A stretch of DNA of 64,000 nt from Takakia lepidozioides (taxonomy: Eukaryota; Plantae; Bryophyta), in NCBI GenBank assembly GCA_030704615.1, contig CM060731.1:78740001-78804000 (forward strand), written 5' to 3'. The translations under genes were made by a program, and so were the position numbers. Shown piece by piece: positions 25,167 through 38,000 of this stretch. Every line of letters starts with the position of its first letter. Position 1 is the first letter of the stretch. The notes below the pieces were generated by a model. That model was not told where the DNA came from and searched no databases. It saw only the letters and a program-made list of their open reading frames with translations.

Positions 25167-28100
25167 ATGGCGGAGGTGCCTGATGGCGCTGCACAAGAAG
25201 TAAAGGAGGAAACTGTGGGAGAGGTGGGTTTCGTGTCATCTGGTCTGTTGTGGGATAGGAAAGCAGTTGTAGTTCCGATGTCCTGCTTTTCCAAAGTAGT
25301 GTCTGTGTGGATAACACGTCCCTTGTGGATTCTGAGTGCTATTTCTGTCGCAAATTTTTTTTGTGGAGGGTGACGAGATTCTGGCTTGTGGATCTACTCT
25401 TTTTGTAAGAGCAATGTATATCATGGTGATTAAATGGTGAGTAGTCAGAAGCCGTTTTTACCTTGCTAAAGGTCGTGAAGAAACTGCAGGATCTGCGGAA
25501 GCTGAAGCTTTTGGGGATGTGCTTTGCTTTGGCTGCCTCTTTTGGCGTCTTGTGACGTTTAGTTATTTTAACCAGGGTGTTGCAATGGGATTTGCTGGTG
25601 GTTGCAGATTGTTGCCCTTGATACGACGAAGAAGAAGAAAAAGAAGAAGGTTCGAATCCAAGAGGAGGAAGTGCTGGAGATTTCTGAACCATTGGAATCC
25701 TTAACAGGTAAAAGGTTGAATATGATTTTTGGTATGCCGTGGGTGGCTTAGAAACGTTGTAGTGGATGTTGTTCGGTTGAAAGTTCAGATGGTTTGGTAG
25801 CCATGGCTATTATTACCTTTTTGTACAGAAACTTGTGCCTCATTTGTTGTAAATATTCTGCAGTTGCCGATGGCTTGGATTCAGCTGTTACTGGCTTGAA
25901 GAAGAAGAAGAAGAAGAAGCCGGTAAGTTTAAAAGGGTTTTATGGTGTTTTACTGGTGTGTTCAGTATTTAGAGTGAAACATGTCCGGGTTATTGATTTT
26001 CCTCTGAATGATTCTATAGAAATCCCTTTGAATGAGTCCATACTGAGGAAACCTTCAAATTAAACTGTGAGGATGTTGCTAATCATTCAAGCTGTCCTAT
26101 ATGGCACTTCATTGAGAACAATTGCATGATGTAGTTGCTATCACAGGCATATGACCTATCTGAAACTTCTTTCCCACGAGATTCTCGTGCAGTTGTTGCA
26201 ACCCTATATATATGCATACATTCGAAAGGTTGAATAACAAATAAATGGCCCAGATGTTGGGTCATGGTTAGGTTTAGTCAATCGTGGGTTTACATTACAA
26301 GAACCTGCCATGTAGGTCATGTTAACGTTCTTTGTTGAGCATGCAAATCTGGATACTCAACCATTTGTGTGAGTTTACAGTGTAGGGCCTGCAAGCAACT
26401 TGACACTTGGGAACCTTGCAAACTGGTTCATTTGCATTACTGAGAGTAGAGGATGCTTTGTACTAAGCTGGTAAGTTAGGTTGAAGAGTTCAAGAGCAAT
26501 GCACATCGTATGGAGTGAAGCACATATGGAGCCTTAACATGGTGGGCTTTTTGCAGGTTGAAGGAGAATTTGCAGAAGCAGAACTTCCAGAAGAAGAAAC
26601 TGTTGATCTCTTAGAAGAAGAGGAAAATGGTGAGATCGATTTGTTATATGTAGCATTTTGTGTCTCTTCCAATCTCCTCTGTTGCCAGTGAACCCAAGTG
26701 AAAGAGCTATGAACTCTCCAACTGGAATTCTAGCTTAGGATAAGTAAATGTTTGCAGTGGAACTTCTAGATAAAGTGTTAGCTAATTCTAGATGTTTTGT
26801 TCCTGCAATTGTCTCTCTTTGACTCTCATTTCAAGATATTGGCAGTTATACTACCAGATAGCTTAGCATTTCCCAAAAGATGTCGTTGGGATTGATACTG
26901 TATTTTCACCACAGGTGAGGAGATTGGAGACGATCAAGGTGAGGAGGCCAATGGAACTGCATTGCAAGCTCGGTTTCCCTGGGAAGGCTCTGATAGAAAC
27001 TACTTTTATGAAGAGGTAAGCTCCTGATTCTGTAAGAGATGGTGCTTTGATTTGGATGCCTCGCGTCTGTGGGCTGGTTCCGTTGGTGTAGCATGTGATC
27101 ACGTCTGCTGCAAATGATGTTGACTATTTCTTTTCTTTTCTTAGATGTAACCGTCTTATCTTAGGCCTGCAACCTGTGGAATGTAGCAGAAAAGTGGGTG
27201 AAATAATGTACTCAATGCTGGAAGTTCTACTTTCCATTGCACCTAAGTAACAGGATTGGGAAGGTGCAGTTGCTAGGGCGGGTGTTTAATATATTGAGAG
27301 AGAACAACCCAGAGCTGGCTGGAGAGAAGAAGCGTACCATTATGAGGCCTCCTCAGGTTCTCCGGGAAGGAACTAAGAAGACGGTGTTTGTCAACTTCAT
27401 GGACCTTTGCAAGACGTAAGCTTTGTTCTGCAGCCATTCTTTCCCCAAAATTCTGGCACTGTTAGAAAAATTGCTTTGTATTGCATCTGGTACAGGTCTT
27501 ACCTGCTTTGTAAGGATATGTATCTACTGTCCTGAATGAAACTCTGGTAAGGTTGCTACTTGCATTCCTAGTAAAGATATTGTGCAAAACCTACGTCTGC
27601 ATAAAGCTACGTTTTCTTGGGGCAATCGCGGTCGACAGTTCAAAGTCTCATAAGACCATTGGGGTCGTGCTGTGGGGTGTCTGTTGCTCACTTACACTGT
27701 GGGCTGTGGGCAGGATGCATCGGCAACCGGAGCATGTCATGGCTTTTTTGTTGGCAGAGCTAGGTACCAATGGTTCACTTGATGGACAACAGCGTTTAGT
27801 TGTCAAGGGTCGGTTTATACCCAAACAATATGAGGGTATTCTGCGGCGCTATGTCAGTAAGTGCCTGTTCTTACCCATCCTCTCTTGGCAATTTTTGGAT
27901 GTATCTGATGTACCTCAGTGGGCTGTAAGCCCATAACCAGCTCCAGGCAGCCATGATTATGCTCGTAAGGTAAAATTATGGCCAATGTGTGCAGAGAACG
28001 GTCAACGAGAACATCTCTGCTTCTACCTAGTGTCTTAGATTGAATGCTTGCTTGTGTATGATTCTCATCTCTTGCTTACGGACTAGAGAAAATAGTAGTG

Positions 28101-28706
28101 TAATCCCGACTTCTGGATTGTTCAATTTGTCTAATTCCGCCCTGATTGCACAATACAATGGCAGGTGGAGCATCAGTTATTAAAGTTTGGAGACCGTGTG
28201 TTTGTGAACCTCAATGGTGCTAGAGGGGAGCAGAGCTAATCGATGGGGATTAAGGCTGACTGATGGTTATGATTGGTGTTTATACGAGTGCAGATGAGTA
28301 CGTGCTGTGCAATGGTTGCAAGAGTCCTGACACCATTTTGTCCAAGGAGAACCGCTTATTTTTCTTGCGCTGTGAGCAGGTGAAAGCACTGACCCTGATT
28401 TTTTGACCATCCATTGGATTGTATGGTGTGTACACATGCAATGAGTAACTGTTGGCTTAATTCTAATGCAGCTATCTCAGAAAGTTGAATCCAGAGCAGT
28501 GTAGAAAGCTGAAAAAGAGGTTGTACTTGAAAGATAAGTCTCAGTCTGTGTCTAGTCATGTGTTGAAATCTGCAGTCTGTCTCTGATGATTGTCTGACTC
28601 TTGGATGTATGTTTCCGGGAATATGCAGTGTGGATGTTCGCGATCAGTGGCACCTATAAAGGCAGGATTTGTGGCCAGGGTTGGCCGCCGTAAGAATGAC
28701 ACTTAA
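25167..28706 (+). CDS. EIF2S2: Eukaryotic translation initiation factor 2 subunit beta (about 9 exons)
   Basis: Two poly-Lys boxes; [14 protein letters not shown]; [16 protein letters not shown]...[23 protein letters not shown]; [18 protein letters not shown]; zinc ribbon CNGCKSPDT...CEQCG; stop TAA at 28704-28706. Confidence 0.95.
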
Positions 28707-29393
28707 ATATAACTAGGATGGGAAATAGTAGTGATATGCTCAATGTTGGTTCTAGTCTGTTTACTCTCAAATTATTCTTGGAATAATCAACAGCCCTACC
28801 TTCTAAATTTGAAATTATGTTTGGATACTTTTTTAACAACGCTATCCCTTCCTCAGGTCCATGCAGTTTGACAGTGTGTAAACTAAATAACTGCTGTGAC
28901 ATTCACCTGCGATATGTTATCACCTCTTTTACTTACCTTCATCCTCACACCCCAAGAGGGTTGCATGGGCTTGATGCCCTGAGCATTTGGGAAACCCCTG
29001 GCTTGAGAGCTCGAGCTGTGCCAAACCTATACAAGTTTGGAGATTCAGGGGATAGAATCATCTGACAAATCTTACATGTACCTTTCACTGTTATTATGGA
29101 TGATTTGGTTGAGCCATGTTTCAAAGTCTCCAGGAAGGACTTCAAACGGTCAATATTTTTCTCACTATGTCATGATTTATATTTTCCAAACATTATCTAC
29201 AAGAAGATACAAAGATACAAGTTAGTTTGCATAGTACAAGGAATTGCAAACTTGGTTCTGCATATTGGGAGACAACATTTTTGGCAAGTTGGAAAGTATA
29301 AATGGCTACTTTGTTCACCAGATAGGAACATGTCTTAAGGTCAAGAGACCCCAAAAATTGGTATTGCTGTCACTATTGTAGCCAATTGTGCTA

Positions 29394-32300
29394 CTAACTG
29401 ACAATCTGAACTAGAGTTGCTGCTGCAAAGACGAGGAATAGCACCCCTCCCACATATGCTATCACCTGTACACACAAGAAGCACCATCTCTCAGTGATTG
29501 CACACGAGGGTCACTGTAAGAGTGAGAGTCCGCAAACTGTGGGATTTCACTCATCAATTTACAAAGGCTGCAGAAACTATACATTCTTTGGCTTGGGTAC
29601 AACAGGAGACAGAAGGGAGTCTTGATACAAAACCCTGCTGCTGAGTAAGGTAATGGACAAGCACCAGGGTCTACATAAATTACCTTCTCAGAAATGTAGG
29701 TTCCAAGGAAGGCACCTCCAAGCACAGCCAGCTGTGCAACACACCCAGACATGATATTAATAGGCACCAATGCATTACAATCTTCGATTGGCAACTCCAG
29801 ACGTAACGAGAAGAACGCCTTTTACCAATGGCTACAACTACTCTCATCTAAAGAGGGGAATTTTGCTAATTAGAGCAAAACCATTGTCCTTCTACTTATA
29901 CCATAAACATGGTTTAACTATGACTCACCGCAGTAGCAACACCATGACCTGCTATTGCCCCCGCCACCACACCCAATGGAGAGGAAGCAGCTGCCAACGC
30001 TGTGCCAGCCAGTACACATTTAAGTAAGCTGTCCTCAAGTTCAGTGGCAGATGATGTGGTCCAAGGGCTAGAGATTGAATGTTTTCATTATAGATGAATG
30101 CATACAAGGATGTCCCACTCAGCCATTGTAGAGCCACAAAGCTCCCAGTGACCTAAACGACCCCTGGAGAGTGGTATCCGGGAACAGAGCACAAGAAACT
30201 GAAGGACTTGATCCCAAATATGTATCCACCCCAAGCATTCACACATACCAATGGTCGAGAAGAAGGATTTGTCACCCCACTCAGCAACAAAGACAAGTAC
30301 AAATGTAGCTACAATGGTGCTTGCTGCTGCCTGCAAGCCTGCACCATCTCCTCCAACTCCCGCTATTGCCAACTCTGCCTGCAATCAAAGGGATGCATGA
30401 AGCATAGTAGCCTACGTGAGGTTTAATGAACTTTTCACAACATTGCCGGCAGCAAACCACCAGCGTTGGCGCAATCTGAAAACTTCACTGGACTGGTGAT
30501 CAGGACATATAGCTGCCTCTCGTCAAGGGTACGCTGACTGTTCACTTACGTGTGAGGGGAGGATAACTTCAAATTTTTGGCTGGATGTGAAAGACGATGT
30601 TAAGGACTTTGCTATCCTCATGTAACCATATCATGTTCATACTTGCGATGAGTGCTTTTGAGCTGGTGGCCAGCTTGAAATTTTAAGCTCCTCACCTCAA
30701 CATGCCCTCTCCCATGGTTGAAATAGATTTCCTCTTCATTGTTCGACTTTATCCCATGGGCCTTTTGGAGACCCTGCAGAGATCATTAAGTGTATATTCT
30801 GCACAGCTGGCTATCTGACTCTGTTGTCTCTGATAGTTGTTTGAGTGCATACAACCAGAGTTGGGAGGAAGGGGTACCTCTTGCTGTTCTCCCTCAGCTT
30901 TGGACCCTTCCATAGACCCAGCTTCCAGCAGTGTTGACACCCCAAAGTACACCAACAGGACCACTGCAGCCAAGTCATCCAATGGAACCTCCGAGTTTCC
31001 CAGACTGCAAATGTCCATGCATCAAACACTGTTCACATTCATGTTTGCAACTGAATCACTGTCAATGAGACCTGCACATGGGTACTGTGTTTGAGAAGGC
31101 ATGAATGAATGCAGATTGAACAGATTGAAACCGAAATGAACCTGAATGGAAGGGCACCGTCAAGGTAGTGGAACGCTCGCCCCAGTGTTACCGAAATCAC
31201 TGACATTGCCCTGCTCACTCAGGCAACCCCATCAATCAAAGAGTTACAAACTTTGTCATTCTGTTAAGAGATAGTCGTGAACGGATAGGATTAAGTTACA
31301 TGCAAGAGAACGCACACAAGAGCCCCGAAAGTGCCAGTAAACACTGCAGCATTTGACTTGCGAGTAGCTAGTAGTGCCTGCACCACCAATCCACGTTCCC
31401 ATTACTTAACAACTGTCCATCTCACTGTCTCAGACCATCAACTTCTTGTGTCCCCAAAAAACGGTTCACTCCTGCCGAAGCAAGTGTAAATTATGGTCTC
31501 ATTTCACCCCAAAGGTCTACTGCCTTCCCTTTGGAGGGTGGACACCTTAGAAGATTGAGTAGCAATATGCTATCCAAATCCATTATGTGTCACAGCAAAA
31601 GGGAAGAAAGGGAGAAAGGAAAAATTCACTCATACAACTCTGCTGATTGCAGAGTTGTGTATTGGAGGGAAGAGAGCAAGGGAAGGGGAGGTGGTATGAA
31701 AGCTCTTCCAAGGTGGGAGCTGCACATGCTGCTCTGTGAAAGTTGCCTAGGCACAGTAGGTACAAATTAGCTGTCCAAAGTTGTCTGCCGACGCCTAATT
31801 GCATTCCCTTGAGCCAAATAAAAAACCTATGTGTTCCATCCCACCCTTAGTCTCAGGTGATTCAATTCCTTAAAACTAGTAGAGACTTACAGCAATAAAG
31901 AATGTTTTGTCTCCAATTTCGGAGAAAAATATCAGCAAAAATGCCTGCAGAACAGTACCACAAAAGAGTTATGCACTGGCACATCATGTGCCTCACTCCA
32001 CAAAAGAAATTTGGAAACCTTCCACAAGAGTGCAGATGAACAGTCTCTTACTAATTTACTACAAGTTTGAAGGAATTTATGCCTGGTCGGACCAGGAATG
32101 AACCCAGTTGCAAGGCAAACTTTTCAAAGAGAGATTTACTGCTCCTAAACCCTGGACCCTAACCCCGTCCTTACCCAAAGGTTCTCAACCAAAGAAGATC
32201 GGAGGAAGATGGCATAAGTGAAGGGAGAGGTAGGGAGATTGATCACACACCGAAGCAAATCCACTCTGAATGTCACCGAGATCACCCAGGAATCCAGCAC

Positions 32301-33393
32301 TCTGATCCACCCGTGCTACTTCAGGACCAACAATTTCTGCCAACGCTGAAGGGGTGCATGCTTGCAAGCCTACCATCGCCGCCGCTATTCCCCACTGAAT
32401 AGCCACTGCTTGCCATTGTGGGTTCCTTAATAAATGTGAGAAAGGATGGTTCTTAAGGAGAATTACTAAGTTGTTTCCAACAGAAGGGTGATCTCCTGAG
32501 CTTAGAATAACACGGGCAGCAGTCTGTGATTGCGGTGTGCAGGAAGTAGCTGTATCTGACAAGACATGGTCCCTTGAGGCACTCAAGACGGTTGACTGCA
32601 ACTGCATGCCCTGCAGAAAGACATACTCAGCGAATTCAAACATAGACAAAATCGTCAAATTTGAAAGTAATGTACTATGTTAGTGACTACTGGTGCATTC
32701 AAGGTCCCCTGTGTGCTTAACCATGTACCAAAAACCAGATTTGAATGGTAAGTCATGCTCTCGTAGACGCCAGGATGTGTACTGTAAAACTGGCGCAATC
32801 ACATGGAATGATCGTTGCCATGAACTGTAATCCGTAAGGCTCTTCTCTCCAGGTACGAACCTTCCTGTTTTCACCTCAAATTGATGTGGCAATTGTTAAT
32901 CAAGAGACAGAGAAAGGTTTGCTAGTCGGAAAGGCTTGCAATAGCGTGTCACACATACCTGCTCGGCACATCTCGGCTGGTCCACCCAGTCCATGCAATC
33001 CTCGGGGTCTGATTCCTCTACTCTGTTGGTCCTTGTCGCACAGCAATGTCGTAATCCATGCACATTTTGTCGCCCAATTGCTGAACTTCTTTTGAAGAAA
33101 CCTGGCGAACCCAACAGTCTTACCACTCGTCCTGCATTCCTGCTGGAGGTTTCTTCACTTGTGTGCGGTAAAAATGTTGCGGAGAAGTCGGTGTGAGTCC
33201 AGAAGGCCGGGGTAGAGCATAATGCACGTGGAGACAGTAGGAAAGGAGCCGAGGATCGGAGAGTGCAATATCTTCGGAAGAGAGAACACGACGCAAGGGG
33301 TGACATAAGCTTCCAATTCGTGTTTGAAAAGTGAAGACACGAGGTAAGAGCTGAGGAAGTAGAAGCACAACTAGAAGGAAAAAAAGAACACAT
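29394..33393 (-). CDS. PAM71: Chloroplast UPF0016/GDT1-like protein 1 (PAM71-type Mn/Ca transporter)
   Basis: Ser-rich transit-peptide-like exon 1; SGFASAFLLIFFSEIGDKTFFIA; DDLAAVVLLVYFGVSTLL; VFVAEWGDKSFFSTIALAAASSPLGV; ISEKVIAYVGGVLFLVFAA. Both E-x-G-D-K-[ST] motifs are present. Start codon less certain. Confidence 0.9.
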
Positions 33394-35025
33394 GGTAGAA
33401 GAACAGCCAGCAGGAAAGGGGCTGCAGGCTGAGCCTTGCTAAGCTGCAGAAGTGCCCAATTGGACCACAGCACCTGCATGGCGCCTGCTCACAGCATCCA
33501 TGGCTCCGAATGTTACACGTGCATCTGCACTCTCTTCCTTCCTCCCCACACCCACCCCCACCCGCCCTTCAGCTATCTATGAGCAAAGCATGTGCTCTCA
33601 AAAGTGTCTGGGCATGTAGTATGCATGTTTGACTCTCACTCCGCCACACCACACACCATCACATCACCCATCAAAGCTTTCTTCCTTTCTTCTTTCTTTG
33701 CCCTCTTATGAAGTTTTCTTTTGCTCTTCCTGCCTAACAATTGCAGTGTGTTTTCAAGGCATTCGTTTCTGAGGTGGACAATTGGGCCAGGAGCTGACAC
33801 TGATGGGTAGCTACTAGCTACGAGCTACACCCCGGATTAAGACATTCTAAGCTTATCTGGATGAAGAAACCCAGGAGATTGACATGATTTGTAACCATGG
33901 ATAACTCTTCTTTATGTTAACTCTGCCCTTGCTATGGGAACTTTCCATCCTTTGTACGGTTACCTCATGTCAGTTTGAAAATAAAGCTTTACAGGGTTTG
34001 TTGTGATAAGATGATAGATAAGCAAGTCCATCCCTGTTTACATGTGGTCATAATCATACTGCAATCCTTGAGTGTATGTAATGTTTGTGTTTGCGATGGC
34101 TTATACATCTGGTGGAATTTCACTTCATTGCTTGGGGGCTGTTGAAGGACTTGTGTCTTTCAATAATATGAAGCTACCTACAAACTGTTCACTCATGCCC
34201 CAATCAATGGTACAAAACTATTTCTTTGAGGAAGATCTCTTCCATTCTGAAATTATGTTTATGCAGTTTGCGGAGTTTCAATTGGAAGCCATAGTCCACA
34301 ACAATACCTTCACCTGCTTTCTCCTAGTGGGATTAGCTAGTCTTTTGTGCAAGCTCTTGGCACTATCTCAATTCAGTTGCCTTGCATTGCACAATGTCTG
34401 GGTCTATGATGATGCTTTTGTTGAGATTCAAGGCCTTTGCATTTGGAGGGCACCCTTACATGAGTCAACTTTTGTCAATGGTAGCAGTAGAGATGAAGAC
34501 AGGCCAAGTTGTTTGGCTCCAGGGATAGAAGGAAAATGAGCAACCATAATGGAAATAGAAGACTCCAACTAAAGCTCACATAAGTAAGAGCGAGTTGTCC
34601 AAGCAAGCAATGATATATAGAGCATGATGCAACTGAGGGAGACTAGCCAAAAATGTCCTTGCATACTAAGCAGAGTGATTTTTCTAAATACTACCGCTTG
34701 ACAGAAATGCATATATGATTTTTTATGGAATGACAACTATGCTGGTGTAACAACCCACCTGTTGTATCACCGATATCTACAGCCAAGTTGTGGCTTGTGC
34801 TAAAACTTGAAGGGGGATGTGAAAAACCTGTGGCCTCATTCTAATGTGTACAATACCTACAGCTATTCCTGCACAAAGTCACCTAGGGTTTCTCTCGGTT
34901 GTCTGATCAATTGCAGCTAACCTGGATTCGCATGGCAGGGAATGGTGCTGTGACTTGGGTGTGGTCAGGATGGGATAGCAGCTGACTCAATTGGTACAAT
35001 GGGTTTGTTGTCTCTGTGTGCATTG

Positions 35026-38000
35026 TTATTTGAGTTCTCCATGTGAGGTCTCACTGCTATTGGGAAGGGGCACTGAGGGCAGTGCATGGGGTGGAGTGCC
35101 CTGGCTGTGTTCTCCCTTTCCAAAACTTGCTGGCCTGCCTTGGTCAACATGCACTGTTTGCAGTGGATTTGATGATGCAATATCCTGTCCCATGAGTCTT
35201 CTCATGGCCTTGGATGAGAATCTAGGGGCAGGGGTTTGTAGCACGCTGTCACTTCCCCATGCTGTCATGCTGGATGAACCCTTGTCTGTGAGGTCTGATC
35301 TTCTGTCAGATCTGGCCTGCTGATCAGCTGAACGGCTCCAAGATTTGGGAGGCCACCGGAGCAGACCATCATGGTCAGAACTAGAGCGTCGCAAAGAAAC
35401 ACGGCCCAGAAGGGAGTGGGTCCCAGATGCAAACTTACGTGGATGGTCCACTAATCCAACACCCAAATCAATAACCAGGATTCGGCACTGCGCCTCGGCA
35501 TGAAAGAATGTGCCTTCATAAGACAGACTGCCTCTGTCACTACCTGCACCCAGGATGACCTTGTTTCGTGCACCTTGCACTTTAAACAAACAGGAGGAAA
35601 GGAGGGATGCTGGAAGAAACAAAGAAGAAAAGAAGTCTATTGGAACATGCAGTAATTAGTCATTAAGAGCTCAAGTGGTCAAATCAAGTGGCTTTGTTGA
35701 AAACGAAAAGAAGACCATACCTGCGGGTGATTTATTTGTCCATCTATTGCAGTAGACAAGACCCGCTGGGGCTGCAATGATGTCATTGCCACCCAATTGC
35801 TTGACAGAGCCTTCCAGTAAAATACCAACCTTGTTATGAACCAGCTCTATCACCTCACCAGTAAGGAAGGTGTGCAGGACAGACCCTTGCATGGTTAGGG
35901 CACGCAGTTCTTGCATGGTGATGACCTCAAATTGCTCTGGCATCACTATCTTGGCCACTGCCAGTGCACTTTCCTGCATAAGTGATTATGGGTCAGTAAC
36001 TGAAAAGTGTACGATACAAAAACCCTGTGTGGAAAAGATGTACTCATTAGAGATTACTTGCCCAAGACAGAGAGCACAACACCGGGTTACAAAGCCGGGT
36101 TTCTCCACCGCCTCAACACAATTAAAACCAGATCAGGGCCCACAATCTTAATTGATGCAGCAATCCACTTTTCTTCGTGGTAACTAGCAGCAACCCACCC
36201 AAATCAAGGATGACAGCTTCTGGTTTGTCTCTTTGCCTCACAAACCAAGGGAAAGGGACATGAAGTGATGATTTTTCAAATGGTTGTAAAGATGGCATCA
36301 CCCTCAGAGTACATAGATCAGACTACTCATTATTCTCACCCCTCACTAGCTGCACCAGCGGAGTGCTCAAGTACTAGAATCTTCTTAAGCTCAGAGTCAA
36401 TCTTTGCCGATCTTCAAGATCCTTCACATTAGACGCATTTTCCCAGTGACAGAAGACGATGGGTGCACATAACTAAGTGCATGCGTTGTCTAGCGGGGTA
36501 GTAATCACCATACAATTCTTTTCATCACTATTTGAATTTTGGGTACCCATAAGACATTGTTTACCGTAGCCTTCTGTCCACTGACCCCGCGCCCAGTCTG
36601 GGCAGAACACAAAGGGACAGCAACTACCTTTGTCAGGGGCTGATGCCGGTAGTATGACTTACCTTGAAATAGACAATTGGTCCGAGTTTTCCAGATATCC
36701 TCTGGAAATCCCTTCACACAAGCATCAATCTGCTGTGTGTGATTTGCCCAATAACTAGACCAGTAACTAGTCCTCCATGATAGAGAGTAGGAGATATCTC
36801 TGGGTAATGAGACTAGCTGCTACGTCAGCATCATTGTATTGCAGCTTGTTTACCACCCAACCAGGGGTGCATTCTGTCACCATATCAGAACTACATCCTA
36901 GCTGAGTTGATGGGACGAAGTCCACACTTTCTTGAGAGCCCAAGGTCTTTGACATGTTGATAAAGGTGAAGTCCTTACCAGAACACTGCACGAATCTACA
37001 ACACATAGATTTGGTATCAAGACCTTTTGAATCATAGTCTGGAAAGTAAGATCTTAAAGCTTCCACTTCATGGTTAGATATACTGTATCAGGTTGCCCAT
37101 GGCCAGCTTATATAAGCTCACTAAACATGACCACCCTTACAGATCTCCCCGCAGCTGCTGTCCAACTATACAGGGCAATAGTGGGCAAGATAATTAATGA
37201 GGAAGTATGGTGGCAAGACCAACGTAGAGCCGAAGAGGGCAACAGTTGATGACAAGGTGCTGAAGCCCCTCTTGGAGGTAAGGCTTAGGGTCAAACTTCA
37301 GGAGGCTAAAGACATGAAATAAACTAGAGGTTGACGAACCTGCCAGAGGAAGTTCTCAACTTCAGGATGCGCTAAGAGAATGGACAGAATCTTGGAGCGG
37401 TCAATGAAAAAGCAGTGCACTACTGAGTCAGCAACTATGTCGCACAAGAGAGGTTTGCCAGTTAAAGCCTCATACAGCCCCAGCGTGCTTCCATGAGAGA
37501 ATGTCGGATGTAGCAAACGCAGGCCCTTTGATGCCTTGATACTCCACTGCAGACAACGAACACAATGCGGCTTAGTGATTGTCTCAGGCTTAAGCAGACG
37601 ACCCAATCAGTCATCCACTGTCTGTAACTGTATGTTCTATGTTGATGTCCCCTGGCAAATCAGCTACCATACAAAAGATGATGTTCAGCTTTATGTGATG
37701 CCCATCTGATCTATCTTTGGGACCAGATTCACCAATGTTCAATTCGAGGATACATCATTTTGAAGACCAAATTCTGATTCACTCAATTACTATTTTACAG
37801 GAATAGAAAAGAAATTTCTTGAAAGAGACACTTCAATAGAGTGCAAAGCCCTTAATTGCATAAGTTCGTCTAGAGCAACAGCACAGTCAAATGCCACCTA
37901 ACAAGACTCAAACAGGATCTACAAATAGACTACAGAGGTGATCGTGATGGACACAATGGATGCTAGGGCTTCCTGTGGGACCTGCCAGCATTATCACAGG

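Noticed and set aside
34072-34539. 155-aa plus-strand ORF between PAM71 and SOS1
   Set aside because: Called from a GTG start, no domain similarity; probably chance in intergenic or UTR sequence.
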